Assembly (NCBI GenBank): GCA_011773475.1
Contig: WVXN01000047.1
Span: 1,979 to 64,119 of the forward strand
From: Candidatus Aenigmatarchaeota archaeon
GTDB lineage: Archaea > Aenigmatarchaeota > Aenigmatarchaeia > Aenigmatarchaeales > Aenigmatarchaeaceae
DNA: 62,141 bases
Reading direction: 5' to 3'
Below the pieces are notes generated by a model. It was not told the origin of the DNA and ran no database searches. It worked only from the letters and a program-made list of their open reading frames with translations. Both the position numbers and the translations under genes were made by a program. Within the stretch, counting starts at the first letter, position 1, and each line of letters starts with the position of its first letter. This document shows, in pieces, positions 44,844 to 52,832 of this stretch.

Positions 44844-45506
44844 ATGGTAAAAACTAGGCCTGTTTATGCTTTGGAGCTTGATTTATCAGATTTAACAAAA
44901 AGAAAATTTAGTCTAACTCCAACCCAATCCATAGTTAGTAAACCTTCAGAACTTTATGAGAAATTCGTATTTCCAAAAGATTTTGAGTGTGGAGATAAAC
45001 ATAGTAAATGGACAGATATTCCAAGACCATCTAAAGAAAATATAAGATATATGGTTTCAGCTGTTCAAATTGACCCTAACACTTTGAATGATGCTGTTTA
45101 TTTTGAAAGAACCAGAGATGTAATTTTACAAGAGAAAGCTGTTAGACAAGCACATTTAGAGATTGATAGAATTAGTGTTAATGTATGTAAATTCCTTGAT
45201 TCTCCGACCAATCATATGAGAGTAGAGTATTATATCCCACGACAAGAAGGTGTTGTCAGAGCAATGGATATTAAAGGTAATATATTCAAAAGAAGATTAA
45301 ATATACAAGATGTTCTAAAAATAAAAATGATAGAAAAGGTTAAAGGGTCTGTTAAGACACCAGCTCCTATACTCTCCTTTGAAACTGAAAGTGATCCATT
45401 AACTTACTTTGCTGCATTTAATTGGGATTTTAAAGATGAAGATGAACGTTTCAGTGTTGAAGTTGCACATTGGTTAAAAAAATTCACAGAAGAAAATAAT
45501 CTATAG
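44844..45506 (+). CDS. Hypothetical protein (220 aa)
   Basis: Open frame at canonical spacing from the P1 TATA. Confidence 0.5.
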   Translation: MVKTRPVYALELDLSDLTKRKFSLTPTQSIVSKPSELYEKFVFPKDFECGDKHSKWTDIPRPSKENIRYMVSAVQIDPNTLNDAVYFERTRDVILQEKAVRQAHLEIDRISVNVCKFLDSPTNHMRVEYYIPRQEGVVRAMDIKGNIFKRRLNIQDVLKIKMIEKVKGSVKTPAPILSFETESDPLTYFAAFNWDFKDEDERFSVEVAHWLKKFTEENNL

Positions 45507-45564
45507 TTAAACTTCTTTAAAGAAAAAATAACTCTTAAATCTTGTTTATTCTATATTCTTAGAT

Positions 45565-45678
45565 ATGATTTGGAACATTAAATTAAAAGATATAACTACA
45601 AAAAGGCTGACAATTGCAATAGTCATTTTATTTTTACTTTTCATTATTATGCGTATCTTATATGAATATATAATATAA
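45565..45678 (+). CDS. Possible 37-aa single-TM peptide (not in ORF track)
   Basis: MIWNIKLKDITTKRLTIAIVILFLLFIIMRILYEYII. ATG sits in the conserved P2 context tctatattcttagatATG (45550-45567). Confidence 0.3.
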   Translation: MIWNIKLKDITTKRLTIAIVILFLLFIIMRILYEYII

Positions 45679-45750
45679 CATTTTTATTCTGACTTTTCTT
45701 AACCAAAGGGTTTAAATGTTTTTGTGTTATATTTTTGTTTATCTGATTAA

Positions 45751-46011
45751 ATGAAAAAGTCTAAAACTGTTTCAACTGCTATAATTGATCTAGTAGAAAA
45801 TATAAGAAAAGAGTGTAAAAATCCAGACACTCTACTTTCAAGAGTCAATCTCCTGATAAGTGGTGAATCCATAGAAGCATCTTACATTGTTGATGAAAAA
45901 TGTGATGGATGTGAACATTATAGATTAGGACGTACAAGAGGACGTATAACTCATGATACATATTCTACTTGCAATATTATTCTGAAGGCCTATAATTCTC
46001 TTAAAACTTAA
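45751..46011 (+). CDS. Hypothetical small Cys-containing protein (86 aa)
   Basis: P1-like aaagggtttaaatg (45705-45718) upstream. The stop TAA is the first triplet of a P2 module. Confidence 0.4.
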   Translation: MKKSKTVSTAIIDLVENIRKECKNPDTLLSRVNLLISGESIEASYIVDEKCDGCEHYRLGRTRGRITHDTYSTCNIILKAYNSLKT

Positions 46012-46043
46012 CCCTTAAATCCTCTTTTTTCTATATTTTAGAT
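46009..46043 (+). promoter_or_regulatory. Promoter/junction module P2 copy
   Basis: TAAcccttaaatcct...ctatattttagat, then ATG 46044. Matches 49738-49772, 47026-47048, 36704-36720 and 42167-42185. Confidence 0.65.
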
Positions 46044-46244
46044 ATGAAAAAGAAATACTATTGGGTTATTGGAATTTTAATAATAGCAATTTTGATTATC
46101 TTTTTAGTTTGGTATTTATCTGAAGATTGTGTAAAAGGATATGGTGAACTTAAAGAGGGTGAATATTGTTGTTTTGGTTCATCCGAAAAAACTGTAAAAT
46201 CAGGTGCAACCGTCTGTGAACCATTTGGCGTTATTATAGATTGA
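46044..46244 (+). CDS. Small membrane-anchored/secreted Cys-rich peptide (66 aa), family with 49773-50036
   Basis: MKKKYYWVIGILIIAILIIF anchor, then a Cys-rich part with a CCFG motif. Confidence 0.45.
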   Translation: MKKKYYWVIGILIIAILIIFLVWYLSEDCVKGYGELKEGEYCCFGSSEKTVKSGATVCEPFGVIID

Positions 46245-46425
46245 CGATTTCTATGACACTCAAATAATTCCTAAAGCCAGACCTGTTAAGGATATTTGAG
46301 ATGGGAAACATACTGCATGATTTTGTTGTGGTCGTGCTGAAGAGTGAAAAGACGCCTGAGGTTGAGGTTTTGAAATTGGAGTTTGTGTTTAAAATAATAA
46401 ATAATTTCTAATCTATAGTTTTAGT

Positions 46426-47028
46426 ATGAAAAAATTATTGTTGACTTCTGAAGGGTTATCGAACCAAAACATCAGAAATGAATTTCTAGATTTGTTGGAA
46501 AAGCCTGCCTCTGAAACCAGAATTGTTATTATAACAACAGGCTCTAGGACAGAAGAAGAACTGAAATATGTCGAGGAATCAAAGGAAGAACTAATAGAAA
46601 CTGGGATTAAAAGAGAGAACATCAAAACTTTGGATTTGAAGCATAAAATAATTTACGGGGATGTGGAGAGATTTGATGCCATCTATTTCTGTGGTGGCAA
46701 CACCTTCTTTATACTACACAAGGTAAGGGAAAACGGCTTTGATAAGGTAATAGAAAGGTTCGTTAATGAGGGAAAGCTGTATATCGGAGTCAGTGCAGGC
46801 AGCATAATAATGTCTCCTTCAATAGTCACTTCATCTGACGAGAACAATATTGGCATAAAGGATTTGACAGGATTGAAGTTGGTTGATGTTTTGATAGTGC
46901 CCCATTACAATGAGGATAAAAAATCAATTATTGAAGAATATAGGAAAAAATTATCATATGAAATAGTTTCACTGACAGATAATCAGGCTTTAGTTGTAAA
47001 AAATGGGAAAATGGAAATTGTTGAATAA
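46426..47028 (+). CDS. pepE: Peptidase E (S51 family dipeptidase)
   Basis: IYFCGGNTFFILHKVRENGF...LYIGVSAGSII aligns with E. coli PepE IVGGGNTFQLL...LYIGWSAGA (Ser nucleophile). GC visibly higher than neighbours. Confidence 0.8.
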   Translation: MKKLLLTSEGLSNQNIRNEFLDLLEKPASETRIVIITTGSRTEEELKYVEESKEELIETGIKRENIKTLDLKHKIIYGDVERFDAIYFCGGNTFFILHKVRENGFDKVIERFVNEGKLYIGVSAGSIIMSPSIVTSSDENNIGIKDLTGLKLVDVLIVPHYNEDKKSIIEEYRKKLSYEIVSLTDNQALVVKNGKMEIVE

Positions 47029-47166
47029 CCCTTAAATCCTGATTATTGTGTACTCTTTTTTTTCCTAAGGTTCTTTCTCATCAGTATAACTAAAACAGTA
47101 AACAATTTAAGTTTAAAATCCTTGACAGAAAATAGGTTTAAATGTTTTAGGATTTGTTTCTTTATT

Positions 47167-47682
47167 ATGAAAATCTACCAATCTGTTCAAGATGTTAGAA
47201 GATTTGACTACAATAAACTAGTTAAACTTATAATATTGGAAGCATTAGAAAATAAAGAGTTAACTCTTTCTGGAATTCGGGAATACGCCAAAGACCAGCA
47301 TAGAAAAGGTTTAACTGAACGGGGTCTAACTTCTCATCTAACTAGACTTGGAGATATTTCTTTTATTGAAATAAGAGAAAATGAAGAAGTTCATTATAGA
47401 TTATTAGAACGCGGTAGAAATGCCTTAAAAGAACATAAAAAATACGGAATAGAACCGAGTGGAATGGGTTTAAGAAATTTCATTCGATGGGAAATTGTAG
47501 AAAACGGTAGTGGAACAACAACGAATATTATTGATAATTATAGTTTTATGTTCGGATTAGCTAAAGTGGGTAGAAGAAGGTCTAATGAAAAACATAAAAT
47601 AATTGATGAGATTAACTCAATGATGAAAACTCCAGAATTTGAATTTAATGGAGGGGAGTTAGATTTTACGGCACCAATATAG
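47167..47682 (+). CDS. Winged-helix DNA-binding protein (171 aa)
   Basis: LTLSGIREYAKDQHRKGLTERGLTSHLTRLGDISFIEIRENEEVHYRLLERG. ATG ~27 nt after P1-like aaataggtttaaatg (47130-47144). Confidence 0.5.
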   Translation: MKIYQSVQDVRRFDYNKLVKLIILEALENKELTLSGIREYAKDQHRKGLTERGLTSHLTRLGDISFIEIRENEEVHYRLLERGRNALKEHKKYGIEPSGMGLRNFIRWEIVENGSGTTTNIIDNYSFMFGLAKVGRRRSNEKHKIIDEINSMMKTPEFEFNGGELDFTAPI

Positions 47683-47720
47683 AAAAATCAGGATTTAAAT
47701 TTTCCTTACATATTAATTTT

Positions 47721-48038
47721 ATGTTTTCAGTTAGTAAAATCGAAAAAGGAATACGTATTGAAAATCTAGCATTAACTCTAAAATTTATTATATATTGTAA
47801 AAAACGTCAATTTAAAGCTAAAAATTTAGCAAACCAATCAGGATTAGGTGGTCGTCTTTTCGGTGGAAGTCTCCGTACTTTGGTAAGAGATGGTTATTTA
47901 ACAGTAGAAAGAAGTAGTCGAAGTAGTCGTATTTCAAGATACAATGTTAAAAATTTTGAAGAATTAGAAAGATATTATGAAGAAATTAAAAGTAAACTAC
48001 CTGAAGAATTTGTAGAATCTGTTTTAGAAGATGTCTAA
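47721..48038 (+). CDS. Small winged-helix-like protein (105 aa)
   Basis: KNLANQSGLGGRLFGGSLRTLVRDGYLTVE. Promoter atcaggatttaaat (47687-47700) is P2 in inverted orientation. Confidence 0.45.
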   Translation: MFSVSKIEKGIRIENLALTLKFIIYCKKRQFKAKNLANQSGLGGRLFGGSLRTLVRDGYLTVERSSRSSRISRYNVKNFEELERYYEEIKSKLPEEFVESVLEDV

Positions 48039-48169
48039 AACTTTCATTTTCTTTTTATTTTAAACAATCTAATTCTCTATATGATCGACTTCAAGAGGCT
48101 CATTGATTCCCATATATTCCGCAAATCCAGACCAAAGGGAATTTAAAGTCTTCTTCACATTTGAAGAAT

Positions 48170-48532
48170 ATGGGACTTAAGAACTTGCCTCCTATAATAA
48201 GTGATAAAGCATTTTATCTGATCTTTGGAGATATTTTTGAGAATTTTGAATCATTTATCGAAACAATAAATATACTAATGAAAAGAAAATACTCTTTTTC
48301 AGAGGCATTGAAAGACCAATTTGAATTCGAATCCTATCTTCATCAGAATTTTTGGAGAGTAGGTGGAGCGCCAACTCGCATTGATGATTATTTGGAGTTG
48401 GCTGACATATATATTTTTGATAACTTTGTCAATCGTCATATGAAATGTAAAGAAAATGTTCCAATTCTTATGCCTTTAATTCCTAAATATCAAACAGAAA
48501 TTGATGATTTTGTTTCTAAGAAATGGGTTTAA
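48170..48532 (+). CDS. Hypothetical protein (120 aa)
   Basis: ATG 25 nt after atttaaag (48141-48148). The last codons aag aaa tgg gtt TAA are themselves a P1 module for the next gene. Confidence 0.45.
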   Translation: MGLKNLPPIISDKAFYLIFGDIFENFESFIETINILMKRKYSFSEALKDQFEFESYLHQNFWRVGGAPTRIDDYLELADIYIFDNFVNRHMKCKENVPILMPLIPKYQTEIDDFVSKKWV

Positions 48533-48557
48533 ATGTTTTAGTCTTTAAGTCCTTAAT

Positions 48558-49319
48558 ATGGTTTCAACAAAAAGAATTTATAGAATGGCAAAGCAAAAAC
48601 TGCCAGCTGTGATGAAAGAAGCATGCGAAATATTTTCTGTTGATAATTTTGATTCAGAAATTATATGGGACGAGACCCCTAGAGAAACGCCTTTTCATTA
48701 TGGTTATGATAGTAGAAAAATTGAATTTTCTCCACAGGGTTTTTTGAGGGTGTATCCTTTAATGAAAAAAACTCTTTCTCAAAACCTTAGAGATTTTACT
48801 CCAGAAATGTTTATAATGTCTTATCTTGGTCATGAAGCTTCTCATAAAGTGCAAGATAAAAAATCAAAATATGAAATAAGTATGGAAATGATGGAACTTA
48901 TAGTTGCTGATGATTTACATAATGACAAGGAAGCAAGAGTTATACGTCATGTCTGTAGTGGTATAATGGAAGGTTTTGCTGCTTATGCTGAAGATATTAT
49001 ATTTGAAAGATTTGGTTTACATGATCTGAAAACTGAAAATAATAAGATTTTTGAATTAACATTTACAATGGCTACAATTAAAAATTTAAATGTAGCATCT
49101 GAAGATATACCAAAAATTTTCAGTGAAGAGCCGGAAAGAGCAAAAGAATTCATTTGTTTTGTAGAAAAATTACAAAAAAGGGTTTATGAAAAAAGAGGGT
49201 TAAAAACTTTTAGAGAACATGCAGAAATATGGAGACCTTCACAAATAAGTTATGAAATTGCTAAAACTTTGTTAGAAAACTCTTTAAATTTCTCAACGGC
49301 TCGTTATTTAGGTGTTTAA
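48558..49319 (+). CDS. Hypothetical protein with HExxH motif (possible Zn metalloprotease)
   Basis: YLGHEASHKVQD. 253 aa, no signal peptide. Confidence 0.5.
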   Translation: MVSTKRIYRMAKQKLPAVMKEACEIFSVDNFDSEIIWDETPRETPFHYGYDSRKIEFSPQGFLRVYPLMKKTLSQNLRDFTPEMFIMSYLGHEASHKVQDKKSKYEISMEMMELIVADDLHNDKEARVIRHVCSGIMEGFAAYAEDIIFERFGLHDLKTENNKIFELTFTMATIKNLNVASEDIPKIFSEEPERAKEFICFVEKLQKRVYEKRGLKTFREHAEIWRPSQISYEIAKTLLENSLNFSTARYLGV

Positions 49320-49380
49320 CTGTTGATTTGATGGGAAATGGGTTTAAATAATTTTGTGTTCTATTAGAATATGTGATAAA

Positions 49381-49740
49381 ATGGGTAGTTCAAAAACCGA
49401 GGAACAATCATGGCATTCATGTAAAAGTTCAATCGGTTATTTACCAATTAAACTACATTTCTCACCTATTGAAGAAGGTGGCGAACCAACTCAATTAGAT
49501 CACAAGCCAGTCTATGTCGCTTTTAGTTGTAAAAGAAAAGAAGTCTTAGATTCAGGGGTTTATAACACAGCTATCATTCCTGTAAGCGATTCCCCTCTTG
49601 AAGTTGCACGACTTTTCAATCTATCAGATATGCTGAATAGGGTGCAGTTTGATGCAGAAAGCTTACAAAGATTAGAAAACAAAATTAGAAGGGGACTCGT
49701 AATTTGTAATTTTTGTAAATTTTACGAACAAAAGAAATAA
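49381..49740 (+). CDS. Hypothetical protein (119 aa)
   Basis: ATG 32 nt after the P1 TATA. ttgatgggaaatgggtttaaat (49328-49349) is 22/22 identical to 33189-33210. Confidence 0.45.
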   Translation: MGSSKTEEQSWHSCKSSIGYLPIKLHFSPIEEGGEPTQLDHKPVYVAFSCKRKEVLDSGVYNTAIIPVSDSPLEVARLFNLSDMLNRVQFDAESLQRLENKIRRGLVICNFCKFYEQKK

Positions 49741-49772
49741 CCCTTAAATCGTGATTATTGCATATTTTAGAT
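49738..49772 (+). promoter_or_regulatory. Promoter/junction module P2 copy
   Basis: TAAcccttaaatcgtgattattgcatattttagat, then ATG 49773. The upstream stop codon is part of the module. Confidence 0.65.
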
Positions 49773-50036
49773 ATGAAAAAGAAATACTATTGGATTATTG
49801 GGATTGTAATAATTGTCTTAATTTTGTTTTTCTATCCAAAAAACTGTGGAAACTGGGGAACAGCTATTGACCCAAATTTAACTTATAAAGAATGCACTTG
49901 CTTTGGTATAAAATACAGTGAACCTTTACTTGGTGGAGGTTATATTGATTGTTTTGGAATACCAATTTCATATTCTTGTTATAAACAATTCCCAAGTGAA
50001 ACTGGACTACAAAGAATAGATATTCCTTGTGATTAA
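49773..50036 (+). CDS. Small membrane-anchored/secreted Cys-rich peptide (87 aa), paralogue of 46044-46244
   Basis: MKKKYYWIIGIVIIVLILFF anchor. CTCFG and DCFGIP motifs, 8 Cys. The track start 49758 lies inside the promoter. Confidence 0.45.
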   Translation: MKKKYYWIIGIVIIVLILFFYPKNCGNWGTAIDPNLTYKECTCFGIKYSEPLLGGGYIDCFGIPISYSCYKQFPSETGLQRIDIPCD

Positions 50037-50038
50037 GC

Positions 50039-50497
50039 ATGTCTGAAGAACTGAAAATAAGAATTCACGATTACCAGAAAATAGAAGAGAATCTTAAAAG
50101 ATTGGGAGCCAGATTTACTGAGGAGATCAATGTTGTTGATACCTATTTTAAACAGCCAGCTGGTGAGGTTCTTAAAATAACTGAGGATGATAGGGGAAAC
50201 TTCTTAGTTAATTTAAAATTAAAAGAAGGTAAGTTTCAGATCTTGAAGTATGAGAAGATTGATGATGTTGATGGTTTGAAAAAAGAATTAAATGATAAGT
50301 TTGGTGTGAAGTGTGTTTTGAAAAAGAAGAGAAGGTTTTTTGACTTTGAAGATTTTGTTATTAATATTAATTTGATTGAGGATGTTGGAGAGTTTCTCAT
50401 TGTTGAGGGAGAGAAAGTTTCTAGTGAGGTTATTAGTAGATTAGGTATTGAGAATCCTGAATATATTAGGGTTAGTTTTGATGAGTTGAAGAAGTGA
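50039..50497 (+). CDS. CYTH-domain protein (CyaB-type adenylyl cyclase / triphosphatase family)
   Basis: VVDTYF, LKITED, KKKRRFFDF.DFVININLIEDVGEFLIVEGE fit the CYTH barrel pattern. The N-terminal ExExK motif is only partly conserved (EELKIRI). Confidence 0.65.
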   Translation: MSEELKIRIHDYQKIEENLKRLGARFTEEINVVDTYFKQPAGEVLKITEDDRGNFLVNLKLKEGKFQILKYEKIDDVDGLKKELNDKFGVKCVLKKKRRFFDFEDFVININLIEDVGEFLIVEGEKVSSEVISRLGIENPEYIRVSFDELKK

Positions 50498-50562
50498 TTT
50501 TAAATAATTTCATTATATCAATCCACACACCATTATAAATAATCCTATATAATATTAATTTC

Positions 50563-50841
50563 ATGAACATCAAAAAATTGGATATAATAAAATCTGATGA
50601 ACGCGGAACAATTTTTAACTGTGAAAAAATAAACTATCTAACAAGAAAAAAACACACCATTAGCTCAGACCACACTCATGCTGAAGGTGAGGAAATTTTC
50701 TTGGTTGAAGGAAAAATGGTATTAACAGTAGGAGATCAAACCAAAGAGGTTGAAGCTCCTATAAAAATAGACATTCCTCCTAATGTATACCACAAAATAA
50801 CTGCTCTTACAGATATAAGGATATTGTATTTCTACAAATAA
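50563..50841 (+). CDS. Small cupin-domain protein (92 aa)
   Basis: HTHAEGEEIFLVEGKM...PPNVYHKI resembles the two cupin motifs. Confidence 0.5.
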   Translation: MNIKKLDIIKSDERGTIFNCEKINYLTRKKHTISSDHTHAEGEEIFLVEGKMVLTVGDQTKEVEAPIKIDIPPNVYHKITALTDIRILYFYK

Positions 50842-50863
50842 TAGTTTATACTCCAGTCAAATC

Positions 50864-51148
50864 TTATATTTGGACACCTTCAATTTCTGAATGATTACTT
50901 AAAAATTGTTCTCCCATACGACGAATTGTTTCTCCAGCAAAATATCTTTTAACATGAGCTTCTCCCTCTTCTGTTTGTTTCTTAGCCCAACGACGTGGCA
51001 TATGAACTTTAAGTCTATCAAGACTTTTACTAACTTCTAATCTTGCTTTTTTTTCTTCGTATCCTTGTTGTCTAAGAAATTCTATAAATTCTTTTATACT
51101 TACTCCAGTTTTTCTTAAATCTTTGTTATCAATACATTGTTTTAGCAA
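50864..51148 (-). CDS. Hypothetical protein; the frame stays open 28 codons upstream (to 51232) without an ATG/GTG/TTG
   Basis: The upstream extension IESELESIVKGTPYGFSETDVKLVTY looks protein-like. An ATA at 51226 sits 29 nt after minus-strand TATA cttaaattt, so this may be a lost or non-canonical start. Confidence 0.42.
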   Translation of the reverse strand: MLKQCIDNKDLRKTGVSIKEFIEFLRQQGYEEKKARLEVSKSLDRLKVHMPRRWAKKQTEEGEAHVKRYFAGETIRRMGEQFLSNHSEIEGVQI

Positions 51149-51262
51149 ATAAGTTACTAATTTTACATCAGTTTCAGAAAATCCATAAGGTGTTCCTTTT
51201 ACTATAGATTCTAATTCGCTTTCTATAAGTAATTAATTGATAGAAACAAATTTAAGTCTTTA

Positions 51263-51799
51263 TCAAGAAAATAACTTTTCTAATCCTTTATTCTTAAGAA
51301 GTTTAACAGACTCTTTTAGCCATTGTGAAAAAATTTCAGGATTTTTCTCAATTTCAGATAAAAGTTCATTAAAACTAATCCATCTAGATCCATATGCAAC
51401 TTCAGGATTCATTCTTAATTCTCCATTATACTCTCCAATAATCAGAGCGCAATGTTCATTTTCACAACGTTCCTCATCCTGTTTAAAGTAATTGTATGAT
51501 CCTATTTTTTTAAGTTCCACATTTTCTATTCCCCATTCATCTCTTAAGCAACGCAATGCAGCTTCTATATAAGTCTCGTTTTTTCCGTCTACATGAAGAG
51601 GATGACTTGCAGCAGTTAGATCCCAAATCTTATCAAAAACTTTATGCTTCCTATGTTGCAAAAGAATTTTCTTATCTTTATTATAAATCAATATTACAAA
51701 GGCTCTGTGCCTCTTACCTTTTCCAGTGTGACAAACATTTCTTGGAGCATAACCTAGAATATTATCATTATCACCAACTAAAATCATGGTTTGTTCCAT
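51263..51799 (-). CDS. Nudix protein of the type-1 isopentenyl-diphosphate isomerase (IDI-1) family, catalytic Cys apparently missing
   Basis: HTGKGKRHRAF, Nudix-like EAALRCLRDEWGI, ENEHCALI (E. coli ENEVCPVF) and FSQW (FSPW) are collinear with E. coli Idi. WDLTAASHP replaces WTNSVCGHP. Confidence 0.7.
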   Translation of the reverse strand: MEQTMILVGDNDNILGYAPRNVCHTGKGKRHRAFVILIYNKDKKILLQHRKHKVFDKIWDLTAASHPLHVDGKNETYIEAALRCLRDEWGIENVELKKIGSYNYFKQDEERCENEHCALIIGEYNGELRMNPEVAYGSRWISFNELLSEIEKNPEIFSQWLKESVKLLKNKGLEKLFS

Positions 51800-51907
51800 G
51801 AATCTTATCTTTTAATACTAATATTTAAATGTATAACTGCATTTACGAAATTGTCGAACTTGAAGAATTGCCAAAGACTTAAATTATTTATTTTCTTGAT
51901 ATTCAAT

Positions 51908-52426
51908 ATGAAGCTCCCAAAAATATTACCAGAGCATCTTGTTAAAACAGACATAGATATTGAAGACATTCCAAGAACCAGATTTGGTAGATCTGGTTAT
52001 GAGCTATTTAGATTAGCTATGAGATCAGTAAATTTATCTAAAAAATATCTACATAAATTTGATGATAGGTTGGTGTTCGACTTTAGAAACAGATATTTTC
52101 ATTTGTGGGTCATTGAAGGCAATGAAAAACCAAAACGTGAAGTTAGTAAAGAAGGGTGCGGCACTACACCAGCTAGGGTATGCGTAGGTGCTAACTACAT
52201 AGCTGCTTCAAGAGGATGGTTCGGAGAACCTGTTAAGATATGGGAGTTTTCAGAAGGAATACCTAAAATTAGATACAACGATGAAACGATGTTTCCCACA
52301 TTGAATTCAAGTGTTGTAACTAATTATTTTAAAAGAAGGATAGGAATAGATGTATTTGGTTATAATAAGAAAAGAGATACAATTAAACTAACATTCGTAC
52401 CAAGAGGAATTATACCCCCACAATAA
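51908..52426 (+). CDS. Hypothetical protein (172 aa)
   Basis: ATG ~28 nt after agacttaaatt. The track start 51791 overlaps the divergent IDI-like gene start. Confidence 0.42.
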   Translation: MKLPKILPEHLVKTDIDIEDIPRTRFGRSGYELFRLAMRSVNLSKKYLHKFDDRLVFDFRNRYFHLWVIEGNEKPKREVSKEGCGTTPARVCVGANYIAASRGWFGEPVKIWEFSEGIPKIRYNDETMFPTLNSSVVTNYFKRRIGIDVFGYNKKRDTIKLTFVPRGIIPPQ

Positions 52427-52514
52427 AGTATTTAAATATTGTTTCCCTTCTCGACAATTATCTTATTTTTAAAATTGTCGTAGTCATGTTTATATTTCAA
52501 CTATGTAATATTTT

Positions 52515-52790
52515 TTGTTAATGGCAGTTAAAGTTTATGGTCAGACAAAAAAATACAGTGTTAGAGATCCAACAAGAAAATTAGAAATGCTTATTCCTTG
52601 TGGAATAGTTGGTGGAGAAATTAGGAATTATCCTAAAGCAGATTTTATTTTAAAAAGAGTTTTGAAAGTTGAAACTGCAGATAATTTAGCAGAGATTATG
52701 GCTTCAGTTAGTCTTGCTGGAAATCTTGCTGCATTAAGCATGTTATCAACAATTGGATTGGAAGAAGGTCATCAGCCACATAGAAGATAA
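52515..52790 (+). pseudogene. Class II HMG-CoA reductase C-terminal remnant (~89 aa of a ~400-aa enzyme)
   Basis: CGIVGGEIRNYPKADFILKRVLKVETADNLAEIMASVSLAGNLAALSMLSTIGLEEGHQPHRR is collinear with Pseudomonas mevalonii [62 protein letters not shown] (from memory). No N-terminal or catalytic core upstream. Own TATA tttatattt ~28 nt before ATG 52521. Confidence 0.6.
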
Positions 52791-52832
52791 AACCTTTTAA
52801 ATAATTCTAAAATTAATTATTCTCTGATACTT

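Noticed and set aside
33076-51262. Integron-like cassette array, CRISPR array or diversity-generating retroelement as an explanation for the repeated modules
   Set aside because: No IntI-type or other recombinase, and no attC-like imperfect palindromes of 60-140 bp. There are no regularly spaced identical repeats with unique spacers and no cas genes. There is no reverse transcriptase and no template/variable repeat pair differing at adenines. The repeats sit at promoter distance from start codons.
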